From: a virus
Lineage: Duplodnaviria > Caudoviricetes
Reading direction: 5' to 3' (one strand)
DNA length: 64,000 bases
Virus record (IMG/VR): IMGVR_UViG_3300030420_000007
Span: 358 to 64,357 of that record
Below the pieces are notes generated by a model. The model was not told the origin of the DNA. It worked only from the letters and a program-made list of their open reading frames with translations, and did not search any database. Of this stretch, positions 62,339 to 64,000 are shown one piece after another. The translations under genes and the position numbers were made by a program. Each line of letters begins with the position of its first letter. The stretch's first letter is position 1.

Positions 62339-63159
62339 ACATTCCCCCGGCGTGCCGCCTGCTTGTCGAAGGGGTGGACGGCCTTGGCCTCGCTGACCTT
62401 CTTGAAGAACATCACATTGCACGTTGCCCGATGGTAGTAGCTATCGGCGACCTCAGCGAAGGTCTTGCCGCAGATAGCCAGCCACCGGTCCAGCACCTTG
62501 CGCATGTTGGGGCTCAAACTGTTAGCGTGCTTCCCGTCGTCGTTCTTCTTCGGGTTGCGGTGGCTCACGGAGATCGTCGCCGGAATCTGATCGAAGACGA
62601 ACTCCCCATCTTTGTCAACGGCCGGCAGATAGATGCCACCGCTGGCCGTGATCTTGATCCAGGTGGTCGAGTCAACGCTGTACCAGGGGTAGCGGAAGAT
62701 CAGGGGCACCGAAGTCATCCCGAACCCGTGAGTCTTGATGATGGGCATCCCAGCATCATCCGTGATCCTGGCAAAGAGCCTGTCAAGCCAAACCCTGCGG
62801 TTGGTCCCGGGGATACCCACCAGCCCACCAACGCCGATGTATGGGCATCCGTAGTCCAGCATACGCTCCAGGTACTTGAAGTCTTCCCCGTAGTGAAAGA
62901 CCGGCAGGGGGTCGAGCCCCTCGGCCTTCATGTAGAGGTAGTTCTTCCAGGTGGTTTCCGCAGCCTGCTCACGCTCGGTGCTGGTGGCGCTTCGGCCCGG
63001 AGCCCCAGGGATGGCATCCAAGCAAGCGTAGACCTCGATCAGCTCAATGTTCGCCTTGATGAAGGCGATGTACTCATCCAGGTCGATCTCCGTCCCTCGA
63101 CTCCAGGCCGAGAAGGCCCCCGAGTCGAGGAAGAAGATGAACTCGTCAGGCTTGATCAT
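62329..63159 (-). CDS. dpdA: DNA-guanine transglycosylase DpdA (TGT fold), N-terminally short
   Basis: FLDSGAFS, LDAIP, PVFH.GE, YIGVGG, THGFG, SVDSTTW; next to folE. Confidence 0.88.
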   Translation of the reverse strand: MIKPDEFIFFLDSGAFSAWSRGTEIDLDEYIAFIKANIELIEVYACLDAIPGAPGRSATSTEREQAAETTWKNYLYMKAEGLDPLPVFHYGEDFKYLERMLDYGCPYIGVGGLVGIPGTNRRVWLDRLFARITDDAGMPIIKTHGFGMTSVPLIFRYPWYSVDSTTWIKITASGGIYLPAVDKDGEFVFDQIPATISVSHRNPKKNDDGKHANSLSPNMRKVLDRWLAICGKTFAEVADSYYHRATCNVMFFKKVSEAKAVHPFDKQAARRGNVWH

Positions 63160-63162
63160 TTT

Positions 63163-64000
63163 TCACGCCTTGGCCAACGACAAGAACTCAGCGCGAGCGG
63201 CTGGCTTGTCTTTGATGGCACCGCGCAGGGCCGACGTGATGGTCGTGCTGCCCTGCTTGTTGACGCCACGCGAGCACATGCAGAAGTGCTTGGCCTCGAT
63301 CACCACGCCCACACCCAGCGGCTGCAGGGTCTCCTGGATGCAGTCGGCGATCTGGTTGGTGAGCCGCTCCTGCACTTGGAGGCGCTGGGCGAAGATGTCG
63401 GTCACCCGGGCCAGCTTGGACAGTCCGACAATCTTCTTGTCGGGGATGTAGGCCACGTGAGCGACTCCGAAGAACGGGGCCATGTGGTGTTCGCAGTGGC
63501 TGTAGAGTTCGATGTTGCGGACGACCACCATCTCGTCGGTGCCCTCTGCGCCATCCTCGAAGGTCTTGAGCACGGCCACGGGATCCTGGTGGTAGCCTTG
63601 GCACCAGTGCTTCCAGGCCTTGGACACACGCGCCGGGGTCTCTATCAATCCTTCCCGGTTCGGGTCCTCGCCGATCCACTGCAGGATGCGCCGGATGTTG
63701 TCTTCGACCCCTTCATCACCAATACCGGTCGCCGAGACCTCCCAGGGGAAGACCACCCAGCCCAGGGAATCGACCGCATGCGGAGTTTTGTCAACAAGCG
63801 CGAAGAAAGGTTTGTTGAAGCGGCTGCGCGTGGCGCCGGTGTCAATGATGTCGTCGATGATGACATCAGCCTCGTTGGGATCACTCACCAGCACGACCTG
63901 GTTTGAGACTGTCGTGACCAAGTAGGCGGCCGGGACGCCGCCACGAGGTACCGGATACGCCTTGACGTGGCCCTTGTGGTTTCTGGACTTGGCCCACATG
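63163..64000 (-). CDS. folE: Type I phosphoribosyltransferase - GTP cyclohydrolase I (FolE) fusion; 5' end probably beyond the window
   Basis: PRTase: [24 protein letters not shown]; then in frame [41 protein letters not shown]. Confidence 0.92.
   Translation of the reverse strand, partial: MWAKSRNHKGHVKAYPVPRGGVPAAYLVTTVSNQVVLVSDPNEADVIIDDIIDTGATRSRFNKPFFALVDKTPHAVDSLGWVVFPWEVSATGIGDEGVEDNIRRILQWIGEDPNREGLIETPARVSKAWKHWCQGYHQDPVAVLKTFEDGAEGTDEMVVVRNIELYSHCEHHMAPFFGVAHVAYIPDKKIVGLSKLARVTDIFAQRLQVQERLTNQIADCIQETLQPLGVGVVIEAKHFCMCSRGVNKQGSTTITSALRGAIKDKPAARAEFLSLAKA

Noticed and set aside
62339-62352. GGGGGAA near the dpdA 3' end as a -1 slippery site fusing DpdA to ORF A
   Set aside because: Register is CGG GGG AAT, not X XXY YYZ, and the run sits at Shine-Dalgarno distance from ORF A's ATG, so independent coupled initiation is simpler. 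A fusion is not fully excluded because the -1 frame is open upstream.
62134-63906. 590-aa plus-strand ORF over dpdA/folE
   Set aside because: Antisense shadow; no recognisable domain.
1-64000. Stop-codon reassignment
   Set aside because: Core genes are full length under code 11, and TAG, TGA and TAA all terminate genes at sensible positions.

Overview
The whole window reads as one GC-rich dsDNA tailed phage with a contractile tail, probably most of a circularly permuted genome infecting a Gram-negative (likely proteobacterial) host. Layout: (i) 1-11405, minus strand: queC (runs off the left edge), a tandem Sm/SH3-like protein, a sigma-like protein, primase, SNF2 helicase, an array of small genes sharing repeated 5' leaders, DnaB-like helicase, 5'-3' exonuclease, queE. 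(ii) 11513-19114, plus strand, early/accessory: HTH protein, ParB-like, DUF932-like, a PagP-like outer-membrane barrel, queD, a membrane-anchored MazG-like enzyme, a Q-like regulator. (iii) A ~700-nt highly structured non-coding region. (iv) 19824-48237, plus strand: late operon with terminase, portal, an inserted fibre/'rope' module, head, contractile tail, baseplate, tail fibre and lysis genes. (v) 48297-64000, minus strand: SbcCD-like, RuvC-like, RecA, SSB, UvsY-like, clamp loader, UDG-PolA, sliding clamp, then a 7-deazaguanine DNA-modification block (PRTase-FolE fusion, DpdA, a deoxyribosyltransferase-like gene and two small paralogous ORFs). I recognised no integrase, CI-type repressor, tRNA, CRISPR array or reverse transcriptase. 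Best novelty candidates: an apparently split DpdA with two alternative N-terminal modules, the PRTase-FolE/NDT/MazG nucleotide loop, the structured ncRNA, a capsid-cargo leader motif and the rope-and-bead fibre module. All family assignments come from motif recognition by eye; no searches were run.
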